In this document: one piece after another, positions 10,772-20,482 of the stretch
How positions within the stretch are numbered: the first letter of the stretch is position 1
Layout: every line of letters begins with the position of its first letter
Assembly (NCBI GenBank): GCA_020637805.1
Contig: JACKJU010000013.1
Location: forward strand, 19,008-83,007
Origin: Nitratireductor sp.
Lineage (GTDB): Bacteria > Pseudomonadota > Alphaproteobacteria > Rhizobiales > Rhizobiaceae
Direction: 5' to 3'
Length of the DNA: 64,000 nt
Translations under genes and position numbers: made by a program
The notes under the pieces: generated by a model
What the model saw: only the letters and a program-made list of their open reading frames with translations
What the model was told of the DNA's origin: nothing
Database searches by the model: none

Positions 10772-10851
10772 GGCTGCGGCAAAATTGTCTCTACCGGTCA
10801 AAGGCAAACTTTTCGGTTCACCGTGACTGGCGATTCGCCTACATACCCCTC

Positions 10852-11550
10852 ATGTCGGTCTGGGAACGCATCAGCCAGTTTGTCTCGAACGCCGCCGGGG
10901 ATGTCATTTCCGGGCTGGCGGAGGCCATTCGCACCATGTTTTCCGGCGACCCGGAAACGCGCCGCCAGGTTTCGTTTTCCGTTGCGATCATTGCGCTTTC
11001 GGCAAAGATGGCGAAGGCGGACGGGATCGTGACCGAAGACGAGGTCGATGCCTTTCGCGAACTGTTCGACATTCCGCAAAGCGAGATCGGAAACGTTTCG
11101 AGGTTGTACAACCTGGCGCGGCAGGATGTTGCCGGGTTCGACCATTACGCGCACCAGGTCAAGAACCTGTTCCCCGATGATCCCGACATCCTCCAGGATG
11201 TTCTGGACGGGCTGTTCTACATAGCCAAGGCAGACGGCGTACTGCATGAACTCGAGCTCGAATTCATCCGGCACGTGGCCGGGATATTCGAGGTCGAGGG
11301 CAGGGCGTTTCAGCGCCTGAAACTGCGTCACGTCCACGGTTCTCACGGCAGTGCATGGGAAGAACTGGGTGCCGATCCGGACTGGGACAACGACACGCTG
11401 AAACGGCACTTCCGGAAACTCGCTGCGGAAAACCACCCCGATCGCATGATGGCGCGGGGCGTGCCGCCGGAATTCCTGAAGATCGCCAATGACCGGCTGG
11501 CGGAGATCAACCGAGCCTGGGACGAGATACGTGCGGAGCGGGGCATATGA
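10852..11550 (+). CDS. djlA: DjlA-type co-chaperone (TerB-like domain plus C-terminal J domain)
   Basis: AKMAKADG TerB motif and ENHPDR J-domain HPD. Confidence 0.88.
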   Translation: MSVWERISQFVSNAAGDVISGLAEAIRTMFSGDPETRRQVSFSVAIIALSAKMAKADGIVTEDEVDAFRELFDIPQSEIGNVSRLYNLARQDVAGFDHYAHQVKNLFPDDPDILQDVLDGLFYIAKADGVLHELELEFIRHVAGIFEVEGRAFQRLKLRHVHGSHGSAWEELGADPDWDNDTLKRHFRKLAAENHPDRMMARGVPPEFLKIANDRLAEINRAWDEIRAERGI

Positions 11551-12302
11551 CGTTGCGCGCTGATACCGTTCTCGATTGCGAGGTGCGCCGGGCGGTCAAT
11601 TTCAACGAACGGCGTGTGGATGCGATCGACATGCTGGTGCTGCACTATACCGGCATGCCCGATGGCGAGCAGGCACTGAACTGGCTTTGCGTGGAAGAAA
11701 GCCAGGTATCCTGCCACTATCTGGTGCACGAGGACGGCCGCGTGGTGCAAATGGTGCCCGAGGCGTGCCGGGCCTGGCACGCCGGCGTATCGAGCTGGCG
11801 CGGCCATGAAGACATCAACTCGCGTTCCGTGGGGATCGAGATCGTCAACCCGGGCCATGAGTTCGGCTATCCGGAGTTTCCCGAAGTCCAGATGGCGGCA
11901 GTAACGGCGCTTTGTGCCGACATCGTCGAGCGCAACCGGATCGAGCCGCGCAATGTTGTCGGCCATTCGGACGTGGCACCGGGCCGCAAGCAGGACCCCG
12001 GCGAGAAATTCGACTGGAAGCGGCTGCATGAAGCAGGCATCGGTCTGCTGGTCGATCCGGCACCGGTTTCGGGCGGGCGCTTCCTGTCGGAAGGCGAAAG
12101 CGGAACCCCGGTTGCCGCGCTTCAGTCGATGCTTGCAATGTATGGCTACGGGATCGAGGCAAGCGGCGATTTCGACATGAAGACACGCCAGTGTGTTACC
12201 GCATTCCAGCAGCATTTCAGGCAGGAGCGCGTGGATGGCGTGGCGGATTCTTCCACCATGGACACGCTCTACAGGCTGCTCCAGCTCGTTCTCGTCGCCT
12301 GA
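11547..12302 (+). CDS. N-acetylmuramoyl-L-alanine amidase (Amidase_2) with peptidoglycan-binding domain
   Basis: LHYTG, VSCHY, AWHAG, SVGIEIVN, GHSDVAPGRKQDPG motifs; C-terminal AFQQHF PG-binding motif. Confidence 0.92.
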   Translation: MTLRADTVLDCEVRRAVNFNERRVDAIDMLVLHYTGMPDGEQALNWLCVEESQVSCHYLVHEDGRVVQMVPEACRAWHAGVSSWRGHEDINSRSVGIEIVNPGHEFGYPEFPEVQMAAVTALCADIVERNRIEPRNVVGHSDVAPGRKQDPGEKFDWKRLHEAGIGLLVDPAPVSGGRFLSEGESGTPVAALQSMLAMYGYGIEASGDFDMKTRQCVTAFQQHFRQERVDGVADSSTMDTLYRLLQLVLVA

Positions 12303-12470
12303 AACAAGTCCTTTGACATGCAAATTGCCGTTTCACGCGATGTTACAGTTGCGTGACGAAGTTATTGCAGCACCACATTCTGGACGATGTTGGGCATCAT
12401 TCCGGCGCCGCACTTGGGGTCAGCACAGCCATTGAGCGTGTGCTGCCGAACCAAAAGGGGTTTCAACACG

Positions 12471-13352
12471 ATGATGAACGTATTTCGCAGCGCAGGGTTC
12501 CTGCGCACAGTCGCCGTTGCGACACTCGTTTCTGCCGTTGCGGCAGCCATTCCGGCAAGCGCCAGCGCGGCAGATGCAGCTCTCGAAATCATGCGAAAGC
12601 AGAGCCAGAGCCTTTCCATCAAGAAAGGCACCAAGGGCGTCTATGCCTACAAGTCCCAAAATGGGGTCCAGAACGGAAACCTGGATTCCGCCGGATCGAG
12701 TGGCGATCCGAAAATGAGCCAATGGGCCGAATACTGGGAACAGTATCGCGCCGAACAGAAGGCAGCCTACGAGGAGCGGATGGAAAAATACCGCAGCGCT
12801 TCCAAGCCGGCCGCCGGGTCAAATGCATCCTCCAAGGACATGAAAAGCGCGAATGCCTCGGTGAAGAAGTCGTTCGGCCAGCTGATGGAAGACTATCGCA
12901 AGCGTTACACGCTTTCGATCCGCCCGCAGGGCTCTGCCGGTAAGTCAGCAGCAGCACAGGATTCTGCTGCGGCATCGAAGGGCAAGCGTTCAAGCTTTGA
13001 CAGCATCATTGCGAGGCATGCGAGCGCCAACGGCATTCCGCTTTCGCTGGCCCATGCCGTTGTGAAGGTGGAGAGCGCCTACAGGCCGAACGTACGCGGA
13101 AGCGCAGGCGAAATCGGTCTCATGCAGCTCAAACTGTCGACGGCCCGGATGATGGGATACCGGGGTTCCGCCAAGGGACTTTATGACCCCGAGACGAACA
13201 TCAAGTACGGCATGCTCTATCTTGGCAAGGCCCGCCAGCTTGCCGGTGGCACCACTTGCGGCACGATTTTGAAGTACAATGCCGGGCATGGCGCCAAGCG
13301 GATGAACCCGGTTTCGTCTCGCTATTGCAGCAAGGTGAAGCGTCTTATCTGA
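12471..13352 (+). CDS. Secreted SLT-domain lytic transglycosylase
   Basis: Signal peptide; VESAY, GEIGLMQ, YDPETNI, YNAG motifs. Confidence 0.88.
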   Translation: MMNVFRSAGFLRTVAVATLVSAVAAAIPASASAADAALEIMRKQSQSLSIKKGTKGVYAYKSQNGVQNGNLDSAGSSGDPKMSQWAEYWEQYRAEQKAAYEERMEKYRSASKPAAGSNASSKDMKSANASVKKSFGQLMEDYRKRYTLSIRPQGSAGKSAAAQDSAAASKGKRSSFDSIIARHASANGIPLSLAHAVVKVESAYRPNVRGSAGEIGLMQLKLSTARMMGYRGSAKGLYDPETNIKYGMLYLGKARQLAGGTTCGTILKYNAGHGAKRMNPVSSRYCSKVKRLI

Positions 13353-13387
13353 CGCAGGGCTGCATTGTCTGACGCAGGGCCGCATCG
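13348..13387. repeat. 20-bp tandem duplication spanning the SLT stop codon
   Basis: TCTGACGCAGGGCTGCATTG followed by TCTGACGCAGGGCCGCATCG (18/20 identical). Confidence 0.75.
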
Positions 13388-13430
13388 CGAGCGTATAATC
13401 CACCGCAGCTCTGAAGAAGCAGAAGTGTTT

Positions 13431-13458
13431 GAGGAGGGGCAGGTCTGCCCCTCCTTTT
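13431..13458 (+). terminator. Intrinsic terminator
   Basis: AGGAGGGGCAG/CTGCCCCTCCT inverted repeat followed by a T run, between convergent genes. Confidence 0.7.
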
Positions 13459-13460
13459 CG

Positions 13461-13871
13461 TCATTTGACATCAAAGACGAAATTATGAGCACTGGCTCTC
13501 TTCTGCGAGGTCTCTACATGCATGGGATAATAGAAGGTGACCTTTCCACGGTCGCGTCCGGTAAATCCGGGATCGGGCCGGTAGCTCATCTCGAGGCCAT
13601 GACCGATCTTGCCCTTGCACCGGGTTTTCTCGAAGGGTGCAGATATCTTGCGGATTGAAATCTTGCCGTGCGCGGGCTGTACGATCTTGTAGGTCGGAAT
13701 GGGGCCGCTGTAGCAGGTGGCGACGTTGTAGGTCTGGATCATGCCAAGCTTCGTTTGCTGGCCTTTCTTGATGTCGTATCGATAGTTTGCCGCTGCAGCC
13801 GTACCGCAGGCTGCAAGGAGTGCAGCCGAAACCAGTATTGCGCGCAAGGCTGATCGTTTCCCCTGTGCCAT
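13461..13871 (-). CDS. Secreted basic hypothetical protein with Ig-like (Big_9/cadherin-like) pattern
   Basis: Signal peptide; QPAHGKI...YRPDPGFTGRD resembles the PxHG..YxPxxGFxGxD Ig-like repeat pattern. Confidence 0.6.
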   Translation of the reverse strand: MAQGKRSALRAILVSAALLAACGTAAAANYRYDIKKGQQTKLGMIQTYNVATCYSGPIPTYKIVQPAHGKISIRKISAPFEKTRCKGKIGHGLEMSYRPDPGFTGRDRGKVTFYYPMHVETSQKRASAHNFVFDVK

Positions 13872-14023
13872 GAATGAATTCCCGAATTGCCGATTGAGTA
13901 AGTGGTGAGGAGCGGCTTGCCGCCCGCTCAAACTCACTACCCGGCGCATGGATGCACAACCCCCCAAAACGGGGGGGGCGAGTGCAGCATGCATGTTTCG
14001 GGGTTGCCTGACCGTTGCTGGCG

Positions 14024-14887
14024 TCAGAGATACCGGCCCAGGAAATCATCCACTGCGCGAGTGGCCGGATCATTGGCGCTGCGGCCGATCGAACTGTTGA
14101 TCGAGATGTGGTTGTAGCGGCTGCCATCGAAGCGGATCACCGGGTTGCCTGCGGCCTGCAGCCTGTCGGCAAAATGCTTCGAGATGGCCGCGCGGTTCCT
14201 GCCACCCGACCACATGACAAGGGTGGGAGGCTGGCGGCGATTGCCGACATAGCTGATCGGCGACCACTTGGTCCATTTGTCGCTGCGGTCGAGAGCCGAA
14301 TAGAGGCCGGGTATGCGGCCGCTGTTGATCTGCGACAGGAAGGCGAGGTCGTAGGCGCCCGTGTCGTTGCAGACAAGGGCACGTACGCGTCGGGTTGCAC
14401 CCGATAGCGATGCGAGTGCGGAAAGATGGCAGCCGGCCGAATGGCCCATCAGGGCGATGCGCGAACCATTGCCGCCGAAATTGCCGCCGTTGACGGCCAT
14501 CCAGTCAACGGCCTGTGCCACCTGGAGCGCCTGTTGTTCTGCATTTGCCGAGGGATAAAGCGTGTAGCCTACCGAAGCGACGAGATAGCCGCGCTTGGTA
14601 AAATAGGACGCTATTGACCCTACCTTGCGCTTCGAACCCATGCGCCAAGCACCACCATGTACATACATGAGGATTGGCGCGGCTGTCTGGCCGCCGGCCG
14701 CGGGATAGATGTCGAGCGTGTTCAGCCCGTAGCTGATGTTCTTCATGCCGCGGGCATGCGCGGGCAGGGCGCTGATGAACGGCATGGTCAAGGCGGCGGC
14801 AACTCCACCGGCACGTGCGCCCGAAGCCAGGATTTCGCGTCTGGTGGCGGGTGCGTCAAACAGGGGGAAAGTTTTTTTCGTTGTCAT
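14024..14887 (-). CDS. Tat-exported alpha/beta hydrolase (HSL-type esterase)
   Basis: TRREIL twin-Arg signal, HGGAW oxyanion motif, GHSAG nucleophile elbow. Confidence 0.85.
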   Translation of the reverse strand: MTTKKTFPLFDAPATRREILASGARAGGVAAALTMPFISALPAHARGMKNISYGLNTLDIYPAAGGQTAAPILMYVHGGAWRMGSKRKVGSIASYFTKRGYLVASVGYTLYPSANAEQQALQVAQAVDWMAVNGGNFGGNGSRIALMGHSAGCHLSALASLSGATRRVRALVCNDTGAYDLAFLSQINSGRIPGLYSALDRSDKWTKWSPISYVGNRRQPPTLVMWSGGRNRAAISKHFADRLQAAGNPVIRFDGSRYNHISINSSIGRSANDPATRAVDDFLGRYL

Positions 14888-14966
14888 CGGATGAGAGCCT
14901 TTGGCTTTGCGTGCCTACCGGGGAAAAGGTTGCCGCAGATAATCGCCGAATTGTCGCTGCGCCGGA

Positions 14967-14982
14967 TTAACGGGTGGTAAAC
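14967..14982. promoter_or_regulatory. CtrA-like box (one mismatch) upstream of the hydrolase gene
   Basis: TTAA-CGGGTGG-TAAAC. Confidence 0.4.
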
Positions 14983-15122
14983 CATGTCACCCGGTCCGAA
15001 TGCTGGCGGCAGTTATCCGGCTTTGAATCATGCATCTAACCCGCGATTTCGGCAACAGCGTGTTTTGATCTCGCGGATGCTTTCTATTGACCGCCACAAA
15101 GCTAAAAGCGTAAGCCTTTCGC

Positions 15123-15542
<420 letters not shown>

Positions 15543-15593
15543 ATTTTTTCCAGGCGTGCTAGCCTGACGCCCGGATATTCGGAGAGCCGCCGC

Positions 15594-15986
15594 CTACAGC
15601 GCACTCCAGATTGTCCAAACGGCGAACAGGCCGTTGGCGACGAGCGTGCAGAACACGGCGAAGGAACCCAGATCCTTGGCTTCCTTGCCGTATTGCGAGA
15701 TTTCCGGCGACGTGCGGTCGATGATGAGTTCGATTGCCGTGTTGAGCGCTTCAACTGCAAAGGTGAGCAGGAAGAGGCAGATGCTGATCACATAGGCCTG
15801 CGCATTGACGCCCACGAAGGCGTAGACAATGAGCACGATGATGCCAGCGACCAGTTCCTGCCGGAACGCGGATTCCCCCACGGCCCTGTTGAGACCTCCC
15901 AGGGAATAGCGGGTGGCCGCGAAAAGGTGAGCCACACCGTGTTTCTTCGACTCCGGGTCGAAAAGCTCGTCCTCATTTCCAGTCAT
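15594..15986 (-). CDS. dgkA: Diacylglycerol kinase
   Basis: YSLGGL, ESAFRQE, VEALNTAIE, AKDLGSFAV motifs. Confidence 0.92.
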   Translation of the reverse strand: MTGNEDELFDPESKKHGVAHLFAATRYSLGGLNRAVGESAFRQELVAGIIVLIVYAFVGVNAQAYVISICLFLLTFAVEALNTAIELIIDRTSPEISQYGKEAKDLGSFAVFCTLVANGLFAVWTIWSAL

Positions 15987-16174
15987 GACATTTCCTTGCA
16001 GCGAGAAAACTTCGAATCGGCTTCCGTCTGACTAGATGCCTCATATCTCAGAATTGTGTAGGGGCGCACAAAGGGATGAATGCGGCGGCAGAAATGCCGT
16101 TTGGTGCTGGACAAGCAAGCCCGGTTCCGTTCAATCATGGGAAATTCCTCCCGCGTTTGTCCGAAAAATCCCAA

Positions 16175-17119
16175 ATGTTGCAAATCCTTTCTATCACCGG
16201 GCCGATCTACGTCCTAATCCTGCTTGGCTACCTCTCGGTTCGCGTGGGGATACTGAAGCCCGAGGATTCCCGGGTCCTGGCGACGTTCGTTCTCTATTTC
16301 GCGATGCCTGGCCTGCTGTTTTCCGTTCTGTATGCGCGCACGCCTTCCGAGATATTCAACTATCCCTACATGGTGATCTACGCCTCGGGCAGCCTGGCCG
16401 TCATTGCCTTGGCGTATACCGTGCTGCGCCGGGTGAGAAAGCTCGATCATGAAAAGGCGGCGATGGATACGCTGGGCATGGTTTGCCCGAATTCGGGTTT
16501 CATCGGATATCCCGTGATGACGATGGTCTTTCCCGCATTGGCAGGGCCGGTTCTTGCGCTGAACATGATGGTGGAGAACTTCATCGTCTTGCCGCTCATG
16601 CTGACCCTCGCCGCGCCGCGAACCGATGCAGGCACGCTGAGAACGCTTGGCAAGGCAGTTTCGAACACGTTGAGAATGCCGCTCGTGATCGCTCTCTTTG
16701 TCGGCCTGTTTTTCTCGCTGACCGGGTTGAGGCTCCCGGCCATGATGCTGCGCCCGCTGGAATTGCTGGCCAATGCCAGCGTTCCGCTTTCGCTATTCGC
16801 CATCGGGGCCGGGCTGTATGGACTTCCCTGGAAGGGCGTAACGGGACGCGTTGCGCCCGTGGTCATCGGCAAGCTGATCATCCATCCGCTGGTGATGGCG
16901 GGCATGATCTTCCTGTTTTCCGGCAATGTGGTGCCGGAGCTTTCTCCCGATCTGGCCGACTGCCTTCTGATCACCGCGTCTTTGTCGATGATGGGCATCT
17001 ACCCGGTATTGGCACAGCGTTTCGGGGCAGGGCACACTGCCTCGATTGCGATGATCGTTGCCAGCATCGCCTGCTTCTTCACGCTTTCGGGTCTGCTTTA
17101 CTGGTTTTCGCTCAGCTGA
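16175..17119 (+). CDS. AEC (auxin efflux carrier/malate permease) family transporter
   Basis: Polytopic membrane protein; FAMPGLLF, NSGFIGYP, KLIIHPL motifs. Confidence 0.85.
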   Translation: MLQILSITGPIYVLILLGYLSVRVGILKPEDSRVLATFVLYFAMPGLLFSVLYARTPSEIFNYPYMVIYASGSLAVIALAYTVLRRVRKLDHEKAAMDTLGMVCPNSGFIGYPVMTMVFPALAGPVLALNMMVENFIVLPLMLTLAAPRTDAGTLRTLGKAVSNTLRMPLVIALFVGLFFSLTGLRLPAMMLRPLELLANASVPLSLFAIGAGLYGLPWKGVTGRVAPVVIGKLIIHPLVMAGMIFLFSGNVVPELSPDLADCLLITASLSMMGIYPVLAQRFGAGHTASIAMIVASIACFFTLSGLLYWFSLS

Positions 17120-17128
17120 TGCAGGCGG

Positions 17129-18316
17129 TTACTGGAGCAGGACCGGCAGGTTGATCGGTCCGCGGAAGCCGAAGCCCCGGAAGTTCACCGCATCCCTGTC
17201 CGGCAGGCTCATGTTGGGAAAGCGATCGAACAGGATGGGCAACATCAGGTCGGCGATCATGCGCCGCGCAATGTGTTTGCCCTGGCAAAAATGCGGTCCG
17301 TTGCCGAAGGCCTGGTGGGGAACCTTGCCCCTGAAGATGTTGTAGTCCTCCGCATTCTCGCCGTAGACTTCCTCGTCACGGTTGGCGGAGGCCTGGATGG
17401 TCATCACCACATCGCCCTTCGGAATGAGGCAGCCGCGAATGACGGTATCTTCCATGACGAGGCGTGACGATGCCTGGATAGGAGCCACCCAGCGCACGCC
17501 CTCGTCGAAGGCGTCGCCCCACAGTGCATCCTTCTTGGCAGCCTCGAACTGGTCGGGATTTGCCAGCAGGCCGTAGATGATGGTCAGAAGCGCATCGCGC
17601 GGTTCGTTGATGCCGCCGCCGATTGCGATCTTCACATTGGCGAATATCTGGCTCTTGGGGATCGGATTCTCGGCGTTGATCATGGCCGAAAGCGCGCTGG
17701 CGTTCGGCTCGGCCTTGTGGGCCGGAATTTCGGATTCGAAAAGGGCATCCATCTCGCGGTTGGCCTCGTCCGAACGCTCGAAGGGTTCGGGCCGCCAGCC
17801 GAAATTGCCTGCGCCTTCAATGAGCGCCTGCGACCAGCGCTGCATTTCCTCGTCGGTGGCCGAGGTGATGCCCAGAAGATGGGTCAGGCAGCGGGCGGCA
17901 AAGGGGCCGGCAAGCGCAGGAAAGAGATCGACGACCTCGCCCTTGGGCAGACGGGAGACATATTCCTCTGCAATGCCACGATAGATCGGCTCCCAGCAGT
18001 TCTTGATGTTTGCCGGCATGAAGGCCGGCTGCATGGCGTCGCGCTCGCTCTTGTGGGCCTCTCCGTCCTTGCGCATCAACGTGTGGGCAAGAAAAGCCCT
18101 TTCCATGGGCGTGTTCGGATCATTCGAGGAAAACAGGACCGGATCGTCCTTCACCATCTTCGTATCCGCGGCCTTGGTCAGCAGCGTACGCCCGACAGAT
18201 TTTACCTTGAGGACGGGGGCTTCGGCGCGCAGCCGGCGGTAAATCGGATAGGGGGCATGCGTCAGTTCATCGATGGTGATGGTTTCATCGATGGGCGCAA
18301 ATGCGTCGGTCTTCAT
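17129..18316 (-). CDS. Cytochrome P450
   Basis: FGNGPHFCQG haem-ligand motif, EGVR (ExxR), SANRDE; I-helix reads GGGINEPRD. Confidence 0.93.
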   Translation of the reverse strand: MKTDAFAPIDETITIDELTHAPYPIYRRLRAEAPVLKVKSVGRTLLTKAADTKMVKDDPVLFSSNDPNTPMERAFLAHTLMRKDGEAHKSERDAMQPAFMPANIKNCWEPIYRGIAEEYVSRLPKGEVVDLFPALAGPFAARCLTHLLGITSATDEEMQRWSQALIEGAGNFGWRPEPFERSDEANREMDALFESEIPAHKAEPNASALSAMINAENPIPKSQIFANVKIAIGGGINEPRDALLTIIYGLLANPDQFEAAKKDALWGDAFDEGVRWVAPIQASSRLVMEDTVIRGCLIPKGDVVMTIQASANRDEEVYGENAEDYNIFRGKVPHQAFGNGPHFCQGKHIARRMIADLMLPILFDRFPNMSLPDRDAVNFRGFGFRGPINLPVLLQ

Positions 18317-18577
18317 GAAAAAACTCCTCCCGCCTTATCGGAGGGAGGAGCCAAGTGGTAGAAAATGAACGCGAATGCCGGGAATCCGGCCCGGAAACGC
18401 AAAACCTCCTTTGCGCAACCGGCTTGAAAGAACAAAGAGCTTCGCACTCCTCCCATGGCTTCGTCCATCGTTTACGTTTCGGAAAACGGTGGAATCTGCC
18501 TTGCGCGTCACTCTTTGACTTTCTACTCCTCCTCCTGAAGTGCGGTAACCACTAGTGCCTCAAGGGCTATCTGACAA

Positions 18578-18614
18578 TTCGATGCATTCGATTGCATTCA
18601 TCGAAAATTTCGAT
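18578..18614. promoter_or_regulatory. Tandem LysR T-N11-A boxes
   Basis: ATCGAAA-A-TTTCGAT (18600-18614, ATC-N9-GAT) and TTC-N9-GAT (18578-18592), 22 bp apart, between the divergent P450 and LysR genes. Confidence 0.7.
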
Positions 18615-18625
18615 AGTTATGTCGC

Positions 18626-19522
18626 ATGGTGGAACCGCGCAGTCTCGATTTCCAGTCCCTCAACACGCTCATCACGATCTATCGCGAGGGGTCCTTTTCT
18701 GCTGCTGCAGCCATTCTGGACATCAACCAGTCCACGGTCAGCTACACGGTTGCGCGGCTGCGCAAGGTGTTCGGCGATCCGCTTTTCGTGCGCCAGGGGG
18801 CAGGCGTGGTAGCAACCGACCGCTGCCGCGATCTTGTCGTGAAAGCTGCCGGGATGCTCGAGCAGTTCGACCGGATGGCGCAGCCGGAGGACTTTACGCC
18901 AATGGACGTGCGCGCCGCGCTGACGGTGTCCTGCAACTTCTACGAACGGCTCATCATTCTTCCGAACCTGATCAAGTCACTGCGCCAGACGGCGCCCGGC
19001 CTTCGAATGTCGGTCACGCAATCGCTGTCGGAGGGCGGTATCCAGCTAAAGCGCAACTTCACCGATCTGCTGCTTTCGCCGATCACGATGACCGAAGAGG
19101 GCATCTATGTTCGCACCCTTTTCGAGGATGAGTATGTTTGCGTGATGGATCCGGGCCACCCGCTTACCGGGCAGGCCATCACGCTGGATGATTATGTCAA
19201 GGCAAAGCACGCGATGATCGACTACGGGGCGGGATGGAAGTCGCGTTACCAGGACGAACTCGAGCAGCTTGGGCTGACCATAGAACCCGTTCTGCGCATT
19301 CCAAGCCCAGCCACCATCGACAGGCTCATCCTCGGGACCGACATGATATCGACCGTACCGAGCAGGGTTGCGGCCGTGTTCGCGGGCAACCTTGCCGTCC
19401 GGCAAAGCCCGCTTCCTGCTCCGTTTGCAGTCAAGATGTTCTGGACCGAGCGCACGCACAATTCTCCCATGCATCGTTGGTTCCGCCAGCAGATGGTGAA
19501 CGCCGCCGACATGGCGGCCTGA
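18626..19522 (+). CDS. LysR-family regulator (NodD/NahR-like subgroup)
   Basis: N-terminal HTH SFSAAAAILDINQSTVS..LRKVFGDPLFVR; C-terminal W...HRWFRQ. Confidence 0.92.
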   Translation: MVEPRSLDFQSLNTLITIYREGSFSAAAAILDINQSTVSYTVARLRKVFGDPLFVRQGAGVVATDRCRDLVVKAAGMLEQFDRMAQPEDFTPMDVRAALTVSCNFYERLIILPNLIKSLRQTAPGLRMSVTQSLSEGGIQLKRNFTDLLLSPITMTEEGIYVRTLFEDEYVCVMDPGHPLTGQAITLDDYVKAKHAMIDYGAGWKSRYQDELEQLGLTIEPVLRIPSPATIDRLILGTDMISTVPSRVAAVFAGNLAVRQSPLPAPFAVKMFWTERTHNSPMHRWFRQQMVNAADMAA

Positions 19523-19749
19523 ACCTCCATTTCCAGACAGGTCGAAGCAGCATGGCCGCCGATACCATGAGTCAATTTGACTCATGGCCGTACCCGGCCT
19601 TTTGCGCCAGCTTCGCATTGGCAATGCCGCCTGCCGTTCGGAACTGAATGGCAGCCTTCATGAATTCTTCTCTTTCCGTGCCGTTGCGTAACGCTTCGTT
19701 AAGGGATGGGTGACAATGCTTGCCAAAGCGTTACCGGAAGGTAGCAATT

Positions 19750-19793
19750 CCCTTAATTTCCCATTGACGCCCAAATATGCCCATGATACCCCA
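19750..19793. promoter_or_regulatory. MraZ-type operator repeats upstream of the dcw cluster
   Basis: CCCA at 19760, 19770, 19780 and 19790, plus CCCT at 19750; this is TGGG with exact 10-bp phasing on the minus strand. Confidence 0.75.
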
Positions 19794-19975
19794 AATCATC
19801 CGTTTTTTCGGATCAGACAGCGCAATCGGAAGACGCATGCGGGCGTCAGGCCGATGGGGGAAAGGGATGAGCATGGGGGCATGCCAGTCTTTGCCGCGCA
19901 GTCGCAAGTATCCGGTCCTCGAACGAGGCGTAGGTCCGGTTTCAGGTTTCGCACTGGCTGGCAATGAGGCTCAAG

Positions 19976-20482
19976 ATGGATCGGTTCCTGTCGAACACGA
20001 TCAATCGCGTGGACAGGAAGGGCAGGGTGTCGATCCCGGCGCCGTTTCGCGCCATCCTTGCGGGTCTTCCAAGCCTTCATGTCATTCTCAACGTGGACCG
20101 CGAGACGGTCGATTGCGGCGGGCCGGATCTCCTGAGGGTGAACGAGGCGCGGCTGGCGCAGATGGATCCCTTCTCCGAGGAATACGAGTTCTGGTCCTTC
20201 CACCTGATGGGGGACACGGACCAGTTGAAGATCGATCCGGAAGGCCGGATCGCACTCACGGACAATATTCGCGAACACACGGGCATAGACAGCGAAGTCG
20301 TGTTCGTGGGGCGTGGAAACTTCTTCCAGATGTGGGAGCCGTCGCGCTTCCGCGAGTATCGCGGTCTCGCGCGGTCCAGGGTCAGTGCGCTGAGAAAGCG
20401 TCTGGGGCAGACGGACGGGAACGCAACATCTCCTCCCGGAGGCCGGACAGGAGAGCCAAGAAACGGGCAGGACAAGGAATGA
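19976..20482 (+). CDS. mraZ: Division/cell wall cluster transcriptional repressor MraZ
   Basis: Two DxKGR-type repeats ([21 protein letters not shown]); first gene of dcw. Confidence 0.92.
   Translation: MDRFLSNTINRVDRKGRVSIPAPFRAILAGLPSLHVILNVDRETVDCGGPDLLRVNEARLAQMDPFSEEYEFWSFHLMGDTDQLKIDPEGRIALTDNIREHTGIDSEVVFVGRGNFFQMWEPSRFREYRGLARSRVSALRKRLGQTDGNATSPPGGRTGEPRNGQDKE

Noticed and set aside
18334-18511. Possible leader ORF of just under 60 codons on the minus strand upstream of the P450
   Set aside because: It has a GTG start too far from the SD tract and no protein-like features; it is covered only as part of the leader finding.
19777-20478. Apparent 234-aa N-terminal extension of RsmH
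   Set aside because: It is an alternative frame over mraZ. RsmH similarity starts at the ATG at 20479, which has an AAGGA RBS.
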